Source of the DNA: Takakia lepidozioides | Taxonomy: Eukaryota > Plantae > Bryophyta | Length of the DNA stretch: 64,000 bases | Assembly: GCA_030704615.1 (NCBI GenBank) | Contig: CM060733.1 | Location: forward strand, 69,812,001 to 69,876,000 | Direction of reading: 5' to 3' | Shown here: positions 1 through 12,300 of the stretch, one piece after another | How positions within the stretch are numbered: the first letter of the stretch is position 1 | Layout: each line of letters starts with the position of its first letter | Notes under the pieces: generated by a model | The model's input: the letters and a program-made list of their open reading frames with translations, nothing else | Told to the model about the DNA's origin: nothing | Databases searched by the model: none | Position numbers and translations under genes: made by a program

Positions 1-1156
1 CCCACCACAGGGGCAGCCCCTCATGTGTCCCGACCCCCTGCCCTCAAGGCAAAGGGCCGCGACATGGCAAGCCACCGTGGCAAGGACGTGTGCACCTGTT
101 AGCTTAAAGAACCTATTTCAGACCCGTTAACTTTTACACCAAACTACTCTATCTCAGTTAGTGAGATGCACTAACTATTATGAGTGCCAGTTAGTATAAC
201 TGTAAGTGGGGCACCTAAACCCAATAGTTAGCTTAAATGACACTAACTATTGGGTGCCTAACTGCAGGTGGGGCAGGGCCCTAAGCCGTCATCGATTGAG
301 GATCATTACTGGCCATGTAAGTTGTATTGGGTCCCACTCCGTTGATGCTCCCCACCCACACCAGATATTATTGTGCTCCATTGTTGTTTGGATGTCCATT
401 TTTTTATAACTTACACCAGTCTACTTCGAACCTCTTTTCTATCCTTGCATACTCTCTCCGGACTGCGTGAGCTTAATGAATAACGTGTTTCCACATCAGA
501 AAAGATGTCATGCCAACATTGATCGACATAGAGAAAGAAAAACAATAATGATTTGAGATATTGGACCTTCCAGTTCAAACAGGCTGCCCTTACCTTAGTC
601 ATTGAGCTGAGCCCAACAAGCGGCAGAAAATGTGGAGAAATTTGCAAGTTTATGAAGCAACTTTGCAACCTCTAGAGCCAATCCAACATAACGCAGCTAC
701 GGACAATCCATGTGTTTGACTATGTACCGTGCACAAATGCTAAGGCAATCCAATCCAACAAATTACAACAAGTGTGTGTCGACAATCCAATTGGATTAGT
801 ACAGATCTACACGAGTAATCCCTTTCCAGTACGCACTCCAATGAAGTACCGGACTTGATCTCTTGCCGAACACGTTATGTATTAGATAATGTCAATGTGG
901 AGGAGCATTATCGAGAATAATCCGAGCTGCAGGCGAGCTGTGGGAGCAGCGAGTCTGCTACGAGTATTATTTGAGATTGCTTCGACGGATGGACATTATC
1001 TTACTCAATATGTCGATATGGCTATTTGTCATCCAATGTTTCATCCAAAACGGGTTTTCATCCGACGTATATGGAGACACCTGCATATGGAGACAATTAT
1101 TGCTAAAAATATCATACCTGAATCAGGGGAAAAAACAGCCATACGACTATTAAGAG

Positions 1157-1370
1157 CAGTTAGTAGCTCAGTTGGTTAAGTGCAGTGAGTGCCACCCAGA
1201 TGACGGGTGTGGTACGGGTTCCTGGGCGGTGTCCCACTCATTCGCCTCCATGGCGCATAAATGAAAGAGGTTATTTTCTCCTCTCACTACAAAGGGGCCT
1301 GATTTGTGAGCTGTCGCTCCCAGGTGTTTCCCTTTAAAAAAAAAAAGAAAAAAAAGAAAAAAAAGAAAAA
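1157..1370 (+). mobile_element. Candidate tRNA-derived SINE with poly(A) tail
   Basis: A-box-like TAGCTCAGTTGG at ~1162-1174, a degenerate B-box-like GGGTTCC at ~1216, and an A-rich tail at 1336-1370. No clear target-site duplication (TSD). Confidence 0.45.
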
Positions 1371-2575
1371 GAGTTCCTCATTGGACCCCCGCAACCTTAC
1401 CAATCCATCACGGCCTGCTCTCATGGGGCCACCCCGTTGCAGCATCAGACTCTATCCACAACAAGGATTTCACCCAAGAAGCTCCCACGGAAACAATGTG
1501 AGCAACGCCGCAGGTCCGTTAACCCCTCTCCGAACAATCGTGGGTAGCGTACCGCGCTCTTTTGCGTTGCCGCTGCGCATCTCTCTGGCCCGCCGGGCGG
1601 GCAGCCATCTGCAAGGGATGAGAGCTGGCGCATGCTCATTTGACCGGCCTTCTGCAGCCTTATCCATCACGGCTCTCCTGACCACACCCAGCATGTACAG
1701 ACGAAAACTTTCAGACAGCATCCCAGCAAGAATCATGGCACCACAGACAAGTTGGCAGGCAGATAACATATAGATCGTCAAAGGCGAGCACCGCAGCCGA
1801 TCCGTGCTGCAAATCGCAGGGAGGCATACGGGCTAATCCTAAAATGAATCCGTTCTAAATTAAGAACTGGATAACTGAAAGCGATTACCGGTGCTCATGA
1901 GTTATCCAAATTGCGATTTTGTCAAGCAGTTGCTGAAAGGGTTCGGCTAGATGTACGTGGGCCCACATTGGAGTTTTCTTGCCCACACGTATGCAGTCAG
2001 CCTCGGTCTTGCACGATTGTCCCTTGTCAGTTTTTCGTGTAGGCCAGGCCTTCATGGTATATCCTATTTGACAACTCCACATGTAGTTCCATCTGGAATG
2101 CTTCCAATTATTCTCCCTCTCACTTCCCTGGATTCTTTTTCCAGACCCACCAAATCTTTCGTATTTTTAACTCATCTTGTATCCTGGTAGTCTTCCAACC
2201 TCGTGAGTCCTCTGGCCCAGTCTTTGAAACTTCAATGAGGTGGGCAAGACGGTCAATGTGCTGGCTGTGATCTCCATTGACAAGGTTTGTGCGTAGAAAA
2301 TGCGTGGTCAGGCTTCAAAATTCAAGTGGGGCGCCTGTTTGTTGTGATATAATCTTTCGCTTAGCAGGTTCGGGAGGTACAAACTTTGAAGTATCGGAGA
2401 CTGATGGTAGCATTTGTGTACTTTGTTTTGCCTTCTAGTGCTCTACGGAAAATTTGCGCAATTTGATGGGCTTGAGAGCAGTGAGCAGCTGACAACTTGG
2501 GGTCTTCCTTTTCATCTGAAAAACGCTCGACGAGGCTAGTGGTCCAGCGAATTGACAGGATCCCAGTGCTTCTGC

Positions 2576-5500
2576 ATGGGGAGTTACATCTGCTGCACAC
2601 AATGGGTGAAGGGACAACGCCTGCTGGCTGTCATGGTGATGCTCTGCTCGTTGGCGACCATGGCCGGAGCGCTTTCTCTGGGAAAAGGCCATCTCGTTAC
2701 CTCCATCAACGAATTTCCCGACGGACAAGGGTTCGTGGCCAATCTTGAGGTGATCGAACACACTAACACTTACGGACCGGACATCAATCCTCTTCGCATG
2801 ATTGTCAGGTGCTCTGCTTTTTCTCCTCATTGTTTTTTGGGAGCTTATTCTTGCTTACTCTCTACATTTCTCCTATTGGAGCTCCCTACTTTCAAGCGGG
2901 CTCTCATTCCCATGACCTCCAGGGTGTCGGTGTCCAGTTTTACTAACATATGGTCATTGTCGTCGGTTTGTTTTCCTGTTAGTTTAGCATGTCTATGATT
3001 GACGATTATTGCCCATCACATACGTGCAGTTTCTGGGGTGACAATCGTAGTTGCCATTCAGTTCTCATCTCAGGAGTTTGACATTTGAAGGATGGGGGAG
3101 TGCGGGGACAGGTTCGAGGGTGGGGGCCGAGTGCATGTGCACATCTCGGACCATTCAGATACAAGATGGGAGGTGCCTCAGACCCTGATCCCGCGGCCTG
3201 AGCCACTGTCACTGCGCACCACTGAGAGCGCTGGTCGCCAGCACCATAGCCGGCTGGTAGAGCAAGCATTTATGGATGAGGGTCAGCTTCTGGATTTTAC
3301 ATACACCACGAACCCATTTGGTTTTGCAATCACCCGGCTGTCCAATGGGGAGGTTCTCTTTAACTCCACACCGATTGTGACCACTGGTAGTGATGCATTA
3401 CAGTCGACCTCATTCAATGGCATGGTGTTTAAAGATCAGTACTTGGAGATATCCACCCAGCTTCCAAAGACTGCAGAGCTTTTTGGGTTGGGTGAGAGTA
3501 CAAGACCGGATGGTCTTGCACTCACCAAGGGCCGGACTTACACTCTCTGGGCAACTGACATCGGAGCAACCAACCTTGACATTGATTTGTATGGAGCCTA
3601 CCCTTATTATATCGATGTTCGCCAGGGTGGTCTTACCCATGGGGTGATGCTTCTGAACAGTAATGGCATGGACATAGATTATGCGGAGGACTCTCTTACA
3701 TATCGAGCGATTGGTGGGGTGTTTGATTTCTACTTTTTGGCGGGTCCTTCCCCTCTTGAAGTTGTTAATCAGTATACTCAACTGGTGGGACGACCTGCTC
3801 CCATGCCATACTGGTCATTTGGTGCGTGCACATTGCTCTTTGTAATTTTTTTTTGTCTGGTGTAATTACATTGGAAACGCAGTGAGAGTCACTTGACTGC
3901 TGTGCAATCCTGTTTGTCTCTGCTAGGTGGAGGGAGATTGCATCTGCATAGTACTCTGAAGCTGAAATTTTACAGTTTGTACAAGAACCTTTAAACCTTT
4001 CAGAAGCCTTATGGCTTCCCCAAGGACTGGGAAGATAGATTCATGCTATAGGCTGTAGCACACGTGGATCCTCTTTTGGTATGCCTATGGCAAATTTAGG
4101 ACTAACGTAATTTACTGTAAAAATGGCTTTTGCAGGGTTCCACCAGTGTCGGTGGGGGTACAGGAATGTTTCAAACCTGAAGTATGTGGTGGATAACTAC
4201 AAGAAGGCTAACATTCCACTGGATACCATTTGGAACGACATTGACTACATGGATGCATACAAGGACTTCACACTTGACCCTGTTAACTACCCGGAAAATG
4301 AGCTGCGATCATTTGTTGAGGACGTTCATGCCAATGGTCAAAAGTATGTCTTGATCCTTGATCCTGGTAAGGCTCAGTTTCCAAACCTGTCACTCCAGCC
4401 TCTTCCTGCCGAGGAAGACCCTAAAAGAAATGCTACTGTGGAGGCCGTCACTGATATTCCTGTGTCTTTTCTTTCCCTCTGCCAGTGCTCTGTTCTGTGA
4501 AATTGTGGATGGAGGAGGAGGACATCAGAAGCCTACTGAACTTGACTGCAGTATCTCAGACTGTGATTTCCAGATGAAGTCATTATCCCTTAGTGCAGAA
4601 ATTTCAGGACAGTGATGGGCTGCCAAGTACACATGGGTCTCCTTGGTTCTATAGTGCCGGGCTTTGTGGCTGATGACGAAGACAAACACACCCTTCTCGT
4701 GCTGTTCAGTGGCTTCCCTTCTGGCTTGCTGTATTCTTTCATGCTGTTTTTTTGGCCTGGTGGGCCCAAGTTCAGAACGTGACTTTTGGCAAGGCAATTC
4801 GCCTTGTCTTCACCTTCCTTGTCAAGCAAGTAGTGAGGAGTTGGGGACCTGCTTGACTCTCTCACACCTTTGCCATACAGTGACGCGTGGGTATGCAGAC
4901 TGCTAAAATTTTGAAGCTTGGGAAAATGTCACCAGATTGACAGTGAAAAATGGTCAATCTTACATGTGTGTCTTTTTGTCTCCAGGAATCAGTACTGCCT
5001 ACAAGAACTACAGCACCTTTGAGCGGGGTCTGAAGGATGATATTTTCCTTAAGAGTCAACGTGGAGAAAACTACCTAGCACAGGTCTGGCCTGGCCCAGT
5101 CTATTTTCCTGATTTTTTAAATCCCAAGGCACAATCATGGTGGACCAGGGAGATATCAGATTTCTATGAGAAGGTGCCATTTGATGGTCTGTGGATTGAC
5201 ATGAACGAAGTGTCCAACTTCTGCAGTGGGACTTCCTGCACCTTCGATGGCACTGTCTACAGGAATGACAACGAGTGCTATCTGAAATGCGCCACTACTT
5301 CCACGTCGTGGGATGACCCTCCCTACAAGATTGATCATGCGGGGACGTATGAGAGCCTTGGTCAAAAGGGGGTTGCAATGACTGTAAAGCACTACAATGG
5401 TGTGCTGGAGTACAATGCCCACAATTTGTATGGTCTGTCGGAGAGCATAGCCACCAACAAAGCTTTGAAGACAGTGCAGAAGAAGAGACCGTTCATTCTC

Positions 5501-6559
5501 TCTCGGTCTACGTTTTTAGGATCAGGAGCACATGCCGCGCACTGGACGGGGGACAATGGCGCAACCTTTCAGGATCTGGAGTACTCAATTGTGAGCGTCC
5601 TTAACTCAGGCATGTTTGGGGTGCCCATGGTTGGGGCTGACATATGTGGTTTCAGTGGCAACACCACTGAAGAACTGTGCAACCGCTGGATTCAATTGGG
5701 AGCCTTTTATCCCTTTGCCAGAGACCACACTGAATTCACCACCATAGGGCAAGAGCTCTATCGCTGGGAGACTGTTGCGGTCTCTGCAAGGAAGGCATTG
5801 GGCCTACGCTACCGACTTTTGCCTTATTTCTACACTCTCATGTTTGAAGCCCACAAGAAAGGCTCTCCAATTGCCAGGCCACTATTTTTTGCCTTTCCAG
5901 AAGACACCACCACTCTTCACGTCAGCTCCCAGTTCCTCCTTGGAAATGGCATTATGGTGTCCCCAGTGGTTTCGGCTGGTGTGACATCAGTGAACACCTA
6001 CTTCCCAAAGGGTACTTGGTATAACATGTTTGATTTCTCCAAGGTGGTTAGTGCTGGATCCTATGAAACTCTTGCAGCTCCACTTGATGCGGTTAATGTT
6101 CATGTTCATGAGGGCTTGATCGTGCCGATGCAAGACAGTGCCTTGACTTCAGCCTCTGTTCGCAAGACTCCGTTCACCTTGCTGGTTGCATTTTCAAGTG
6201 AGGACTCCTCAGGGTATGCCAGAGGGAAACTGTTCTTGGACAATGGTGATGATATCGAAATGAAAGTGCAAAATGGGAGGTCTACGTTTCTCAGGTTTCA
6301 TGCAAAGAAATCAGCCAGCAGGTGTACCTTGACATCAGGAGTTGTCAGTGGCGATTATGCTCTTCAGGAGGGTTGGGTCGTGCAAACAGTCATAGTTCTT
6401 GGTGCCAGTGCAGAGCCCACCCTCGTTGTCATCAACGGGCACCCTGCACTTCCACCTGTGAGCACCACATTTGATGCAAGTGTGGCGTCACTACAATTTT
6501 CTGGGCTCAATCTGGCTGTGGGTAAAGATTTTTCGCTGGTGTGGGAGAGCCTCTCCTAG
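2576..6559 (+). CDS. Glycoside hydrolase family 31 alpha-glucosidase/alpha-xylosidase, secreted (~915 aa, 4 exons)
   Basis: Phase-consistent GT-AG exons at 2576-2808, 3112-3821, 4136-4366 and 4986-6559. Hydrophobic N-terminal signal ([17 protein letters not shown]). GH31 motifs [26 protein letters not shown] (nucleophile), HWTGDN (acid/base), GADICGF and [13 protein letters not shown]. Confidence 0.95.
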
Positions 6560-6809
6560 TAATGGCTGCTATTGTACCCTCTTATTGTATGTCAGATCAA
6601 ATGGTTACCGGAAGTGAACAATATGCTAGATAGATGGAAGTACTGCACACCTTCAAAAGGGTCATGTAACTCTGTAGAGTGGAAGAAGGAATTGATAGGA
6701 GCATAGAGGGCATGTTCCAGAAATTGAATATGTTATGGAGGAGGAATAAGAGAGAGAAGGATAGGATTAGTACCCACAAGATTGATAGCACTGCACACAC
6801 ATTCTTTAA

Positions 6810-7415
6810 CCCTTAAGGGCCCAAGAGACCCGATTCAGGTTTTGAGGGAGGAGATTTTTTTCTCTACTTTTTTGCAGATCTTAATATTTTTCAATGGTTT
6901 CAACTACAATTAATATTCTGGCAACATAGCTCACCTTCTCAGATTGAAAGCGGTACATTCTAATAAATTCTCTGACCTGTAGATTTTCTAGAAATCATCG
7001 GGGTCATAATATTGGAGCATGGGGAGGGGCCACGCAGAGTTGATTATCTGCGTGGCGAGATATCATTGGCACATGTTTAGCCATCAAATTGCCATATGCA
7101 TGCCCGCAGTGGACTACCCACCTGTCCACCCGCCATGACAAGAAGCCTACCCGCTTCCTGGCACCCGCCGCGGGTGCTGTTGCAGGACCTAGCGACCAAC
7201 TTCCCTTCGAAATGGAGGTTGAAACTCTGCGTGGCCCTTCAACAGTCGCCGGGAACCTCTATTGGAGTAGGTAATTTGCAGGCATGTGGGCAGGAAAGTA
7301 ACTTGGCCCAGGTTCATTTTTTGGGATGTATCAGGGTAGGTGTGTAGCCTCAGTTAACTAACTAGAGGTTAGTTTTTTTAGGGGTGAAATTTGCCCAACG
7401 GCGGGCCCTTAAGGG
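6810..7415. mobile_element. Non-autonomous DNA transposon (MITE) with TTAA TSD, piggyBac-like
   Basis: TTAA at 6806-6809 and 7416-7419 flanks perfect 13-bp terminal inverted repeats (TIRs), CCCTTAAGGGCCC (6810-6822) and GGGCCCTTAAGGG (7403-7415). No transposase ORF. Confidence 0.8.
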
Positions 7416-7938
7416 TTAAAGATTGGCCTGAAGATTCATGTACAGTACAATGATAATAGAACATTAGAAGCTACAAAAAGCCAGTAGAGTACGTATTTGA
7501 TCTTAGATCACTGATGATAAACTAAATTTTGATCAATAGGGATGGTTGATATTCACAAAAGGTATATGAGATGTATGCACTAATTGTTGAATTATTCTAC
7601 AAATGATCGCTCATTGCCTAGGAAAACAATTCTTGGAAGAAATATTCCAGTAATGGCTCATTGGACGACCTGAAAATAGTGGTCAGAATTGCACAGAATC
7701 ACTTCAACTGAGGTATGTTAACTTGAAGATATCTTGAGAGGTTTAGGTCCTTGGTAAAAAGGGCAGTATTCATCCAAATTTCCTAGCACCGTTCAAGCTA
7801 CCCTCCTCAAGCAGTGAAAAAAAATCCATTGTGACTAAAAGTCATAGACACATTTTAGAATTAGTGGAATTTAGTTTATGATTTCTAAAAATTTCCTCCA
7901 GACCGTTCAAATACAAGGTTTGAGTTAAAAACACTTAG

Positions 7939-9276
7939 TTAAAGTTGCCACTGAGGGGCAACATACAGCTTGGGCCTATCTGCATGCTGTTGTTTCCTAC
8001 TTTCTTTCCTGGGACTCCCTTGCTCTTTCTCAAGACTTGACCTGATTTGTTTGAGTAGATTCTCCACGCCTTCCCCTTGCCTGTACAACCACGTCATCAA
8101 TCAGCATCAACTTTGATATTCATTGCCTTGCCAAATGTCCATGCCTGTTGTTGAGTAGTTGGGACTTAAGAGACAGTGGAGACAAAGACAAGGACAAAGC
8201 CTAAGTGAGGATGGGAGAAGGGAACATATGCACACTAACTTACAGGGCGCTGATGCCAATAACAGCTACTGCGCGGGGAAAGTCCTGAACATTCCTCTCC
8301 CTGTCCTGCTGATGAGCTAGTCTGGTGTCAACTTCGCTGATCGCAGTGTTTGCCATGGCAGAATCCAACCCTTGTGGGATGCATTTCACTGCAACATCTC
8401 CTGCAGCCAAGCTCCCTTCAACATCACTAGTTGCTCCAGCCTTTGCTCGGGCAGCAGACTCTTCTGGGTCAATACACATGCTCAGGATCTTCTCTTGAAT
8501 TGCCTCAAATCTTTCCTTTGCCTGCATTAAGCACCTTACACTGTTAAAGTTTGATATGACATTGAACAGAGCCATAGTTGCTACTAGTCTTGCCACGATA
8601 AGCTGGTTATGATCGATCTATTCAATTGCAGAGAGAGAGAATGTACTCATAAGACGCTGTTTGCTGTAGTAGAGAGAATGTACTCATGCCATTCCCTGCG
8701 AATGTTGGCTTGCCATAGCCTTACGGCCATTGACCCCGTGGGGAATTGACCCTCCCGAAGCCTTTTGTGGGGTTCGCACCCACCAGGGTTTGTGTGTGTG
8801 TGGGAGAGAGAGAGAGGAGAAATGGTACTTCATAGAGAAGAGGCAGGGAAGGAGACACACCTGAGGTAAATCAAGCTTATTTAGAACAACAATGTGGGGC
8901 CGCATTACATATTCTGGATTGTACAGATGCAGCTCCTGCAATGAACACCCAAGTCTCCAGAATGACGTCCATATAACACATCAGACCAACACAAAGCTGA
9001 CATGTATGTCCTTCACGGTTATCCTGGAAATAAAAGAAATTTTGTGTGATGAAAGACATGATAGCGTACTTCACGCAGAATGGAGTAGTCTTGCACAGGA
9101 TCTGCAGCTGACACATCCACTACATGCACCAACAGTCTTGTCCTTCGCAGATGACGTAGGAACATCCGCCCTAAACCCTGTCAACCAACAACCAGGCTCT
9201 CCAGCTCAGATCTTTAAGAGAGAGAGAGAGACAGAGAGAGAATGTACTCGTAAGACGTTTGCTGTAGCATTGTGAC

Positions 9277-9339
<63 letters not shown>

Positions 9340-12300
9340 TGGCAGTTTCTTGCGACAGTAAGCTATGATATTTCCTTGACGGCATAGGAACTGCAGCATA
9401 CTACGTCTTTTGGAGCTGCTGGTGGGTTAACTGAGGCTAAAATGAGTATCTACAGGGTTGGTTGTATAAATGGTACAGCCAGAGGGAAAAATCTGCCGAC
9501 ATACCTTACCAAGATGAGCACCCTTTATAAGTCCTGGAAGATCTGCCATAGTTGGGCCTGATGAAAACCCTCCATCATATTTCCCAGGGTCACCCTCAAT
9601 GCACCCCAAATTTGGCATGAGTGTGGTGAAGGGATAATCAGCTATGTTGGGCTTTGCTAATGTCACTGCCGCAAGCAATGATGACTTTCCTGCATTTGGA
9701 AGTCCCTGAAATCCAGACCCGATGCACATATTTCCAACAGCATATCCCATTTGAGAGTAGGAAGCTGCTCTCTCAAAATTAAACATAAATTGGAAAAGTA
9801 AGTTCAAAAGTTTCCACGCAAGAGAAAAACTCGGGAAACAAGAGAAGTGCCCCACTCCCCAACAACCAGCCACCACAACCAGTAAACTACAAGTCAACTT
9901 TGAGAGATTCTTGAAGTTGGAGAGCCTCATGTAGACATGCTGCGAGGCATCTCTGATTCTTATAATGGAAAACCTCTGTCAGGGATTGGCTGTCTCTAAA
10001 TTGGCAATAGTAGCCGGCCCTGAGAAAGAGAATATACTCCTAAGAAGTTGTTTGCCGTAGCCTTGAGGCCACCCTGAGAAAGAGAATGCACTCATAAGAC
10101 GTTGTTTGCCATAGCCTTGTGGCCATTGACCCCGCGCCCAGTTTGAGCGGAACACAAAGGGACAGAACCTACCTTTGTCAGGGTCTAGTAAGTCTAAACA
10201 ATTGATCCGGGTTTTCCAGATATCCTCTAGAAATCCCATTACACAAGCATCAACCTGCTGTGTGTGGTTTGCCCAATAACTAGACCCCAAAAGGGCCTGG
10301 GCTTTTGCCTCAGCCTCGAGACTTTCGAAGTTGGTAAACAGAGGTACAAGGCACAATTCCCTTGATAGATTTGAAGAGAGCATCTCTCTGGTGAGAATAT
10401 TCAGAAAATGAATATTGTCTTCAGGTTGCCCACACAACGGGCAATTGCACTCTCCCTTTCCTCTCTGCTTCTGTTTGCTGTTCAAAGGTAGGCTTCCTGC
10501 CCTGAGTTTAAATTTCAGTCTAGTGCCGAGAGTGGGTAGACCCTTGAGGTCATCCATGAGGAAGAGAGAGAAAGAATGTACTCATAAGACGTTGTTTGCC
10601 GTAGCCTTGTGGCCAAAGAGAGAGAAAGAGACAGACCACAAGGCCCACATCTGCCACCACCCGCAATGTCAATTCCAAAGCAACCTCTTCGCCTGGAGCT
10701 CCGAATGTCAACACCTGCACCACCCCTTATATGTCAATCTTACAGTGGAATCAATGCCTGAAAACCAACTTTTCAATGGTGCTCATTGCTCTCAATACCC
10801 ACAAGAGCAAACCGTTAATGCAAGGGAGCGATGGATTACAGCAGTGCTAAGGAGGGGCAAGGTACCTTGTCATCTGGGTCCGTTATGGTGGGTGCATTGA
10901 CAGGCCTAAGGTGACTCTTGTTACTCTTTGGTATCTCAACTACACTTATCTGCACAAACCACCTGTTCAGATGTTATACATACCATACAAAACCTACAGA
11001 GTCAAAGTTCTTGTCTGGAGTTGCTCTACATGCTGTCTTATCCTTCACAGCTTCCAATTCACCAAAAGTAAGCAGAACAAGAACAGCTGGCATATTTAAC
11101 CAGTCTACAACTAGCTATGTTTGTCTGCCAGCATGTACCCAAAGTGGTTCTCAGAAATGACTACAGGCAGGCTAGACACATGCAGCTACATCATATAAAT
11201 TAGTACTTCAGTTGAGATAAACACCTTCCATCCTACTGATTTCATCACTTCTCCTCCATGCTTCTGAAACGTAAGACCTTACATGAAAGTACAGAGTAAC
11301 AACTCCACACAGACATTACAATATAACCCAAACTCTAGTCCAAGTTAAAACCTAAAGTTGCGCAACACACAGAGTGCAGTCTTAGCATTGTGCTGTCAAT
11401 CACAAGGTCTCAGACTATCAACCTCACCATGTGTGGCAGAACAATCGCCAGAAGCTGTTCCAGATAGTCACCGCAGCCATACTGAAGGATCCAAGTTCTC
11501 CAATACATAAATGGCAGTTTTCAATCCACCTAGAGAGAGACATGACTCCGACCTAAGCCAGCGTAATAAGAGCCTCTTCCCCTTGTGGGTCATGCCCCTT
11601 TTCGGAGGTGGGCTCTATCGGATAAGGCTATCTACAAGTCAATTTCAATTTTACGTTTGTGCTGTGAGAGATCTAATCAAGGTGAGATGGAGCACGTAGA
11701 CAAGCTATCTACCCCCATATAATGGACTAGAAAAACTGTCTCAACCTTACAATGTGTGTATAAGCTTGACATAGAGAGGGAACAAAGCCTACCCCTCCAC
11801 GCCCGCCTCGGGCAACTAAGACTTCATCACCAGGTCGAGCCAGATCTGCTAGAAACTTGCCTCCTCTTTTCCTTTTCACCACTGTGCCTGCCCCCACATT
11901 ACCCATATCCCAGGTTGATTGGCACGCAGACAACAGCAGGCCTATCCTTTGCATTGTCACGATTGAAGCCACAAAAAGGAGTTGACTTGATTAAAGAAGA
12001 AGCTCACCGACAGGCACAGGTACCCGTAAGGCAGGAGCAGAGATGCCATCGCGCATTGTGGGAGAGAGACGACCCATGGCATCCACATTGGCTCCACGCT
12101 TGGCACTATGGCGCTTCTGACGGTGCAGTGGCAACAGAGTGTCAGCACTTTCGTTGGCCACCAGAATGATATCACCACCATGACCACCCATGGGGAGAAT
12201 CAATGTGCCATCTGACCCTCTTCGGTATGCCCCTGTTGGCTTCTTCTTGGGAGCCGTGCTTTGTTTTCTACTGTCTACCTTTCCAGGCATGGTGGGTCGT

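Noticed and set aside
1306-1773. 155-aa ORF with poly-lysine
   Set aside because: The poly-K is just the translated A-rich tail of a SINE-like repeat, and there is no other coding support.
8631-10625. CRISPR-like repeated units
   Set aside because: Spacing is irregular, the context is eukaryotic introns, and one copy is attached to a LINE ORF, so these are retroposon tails.
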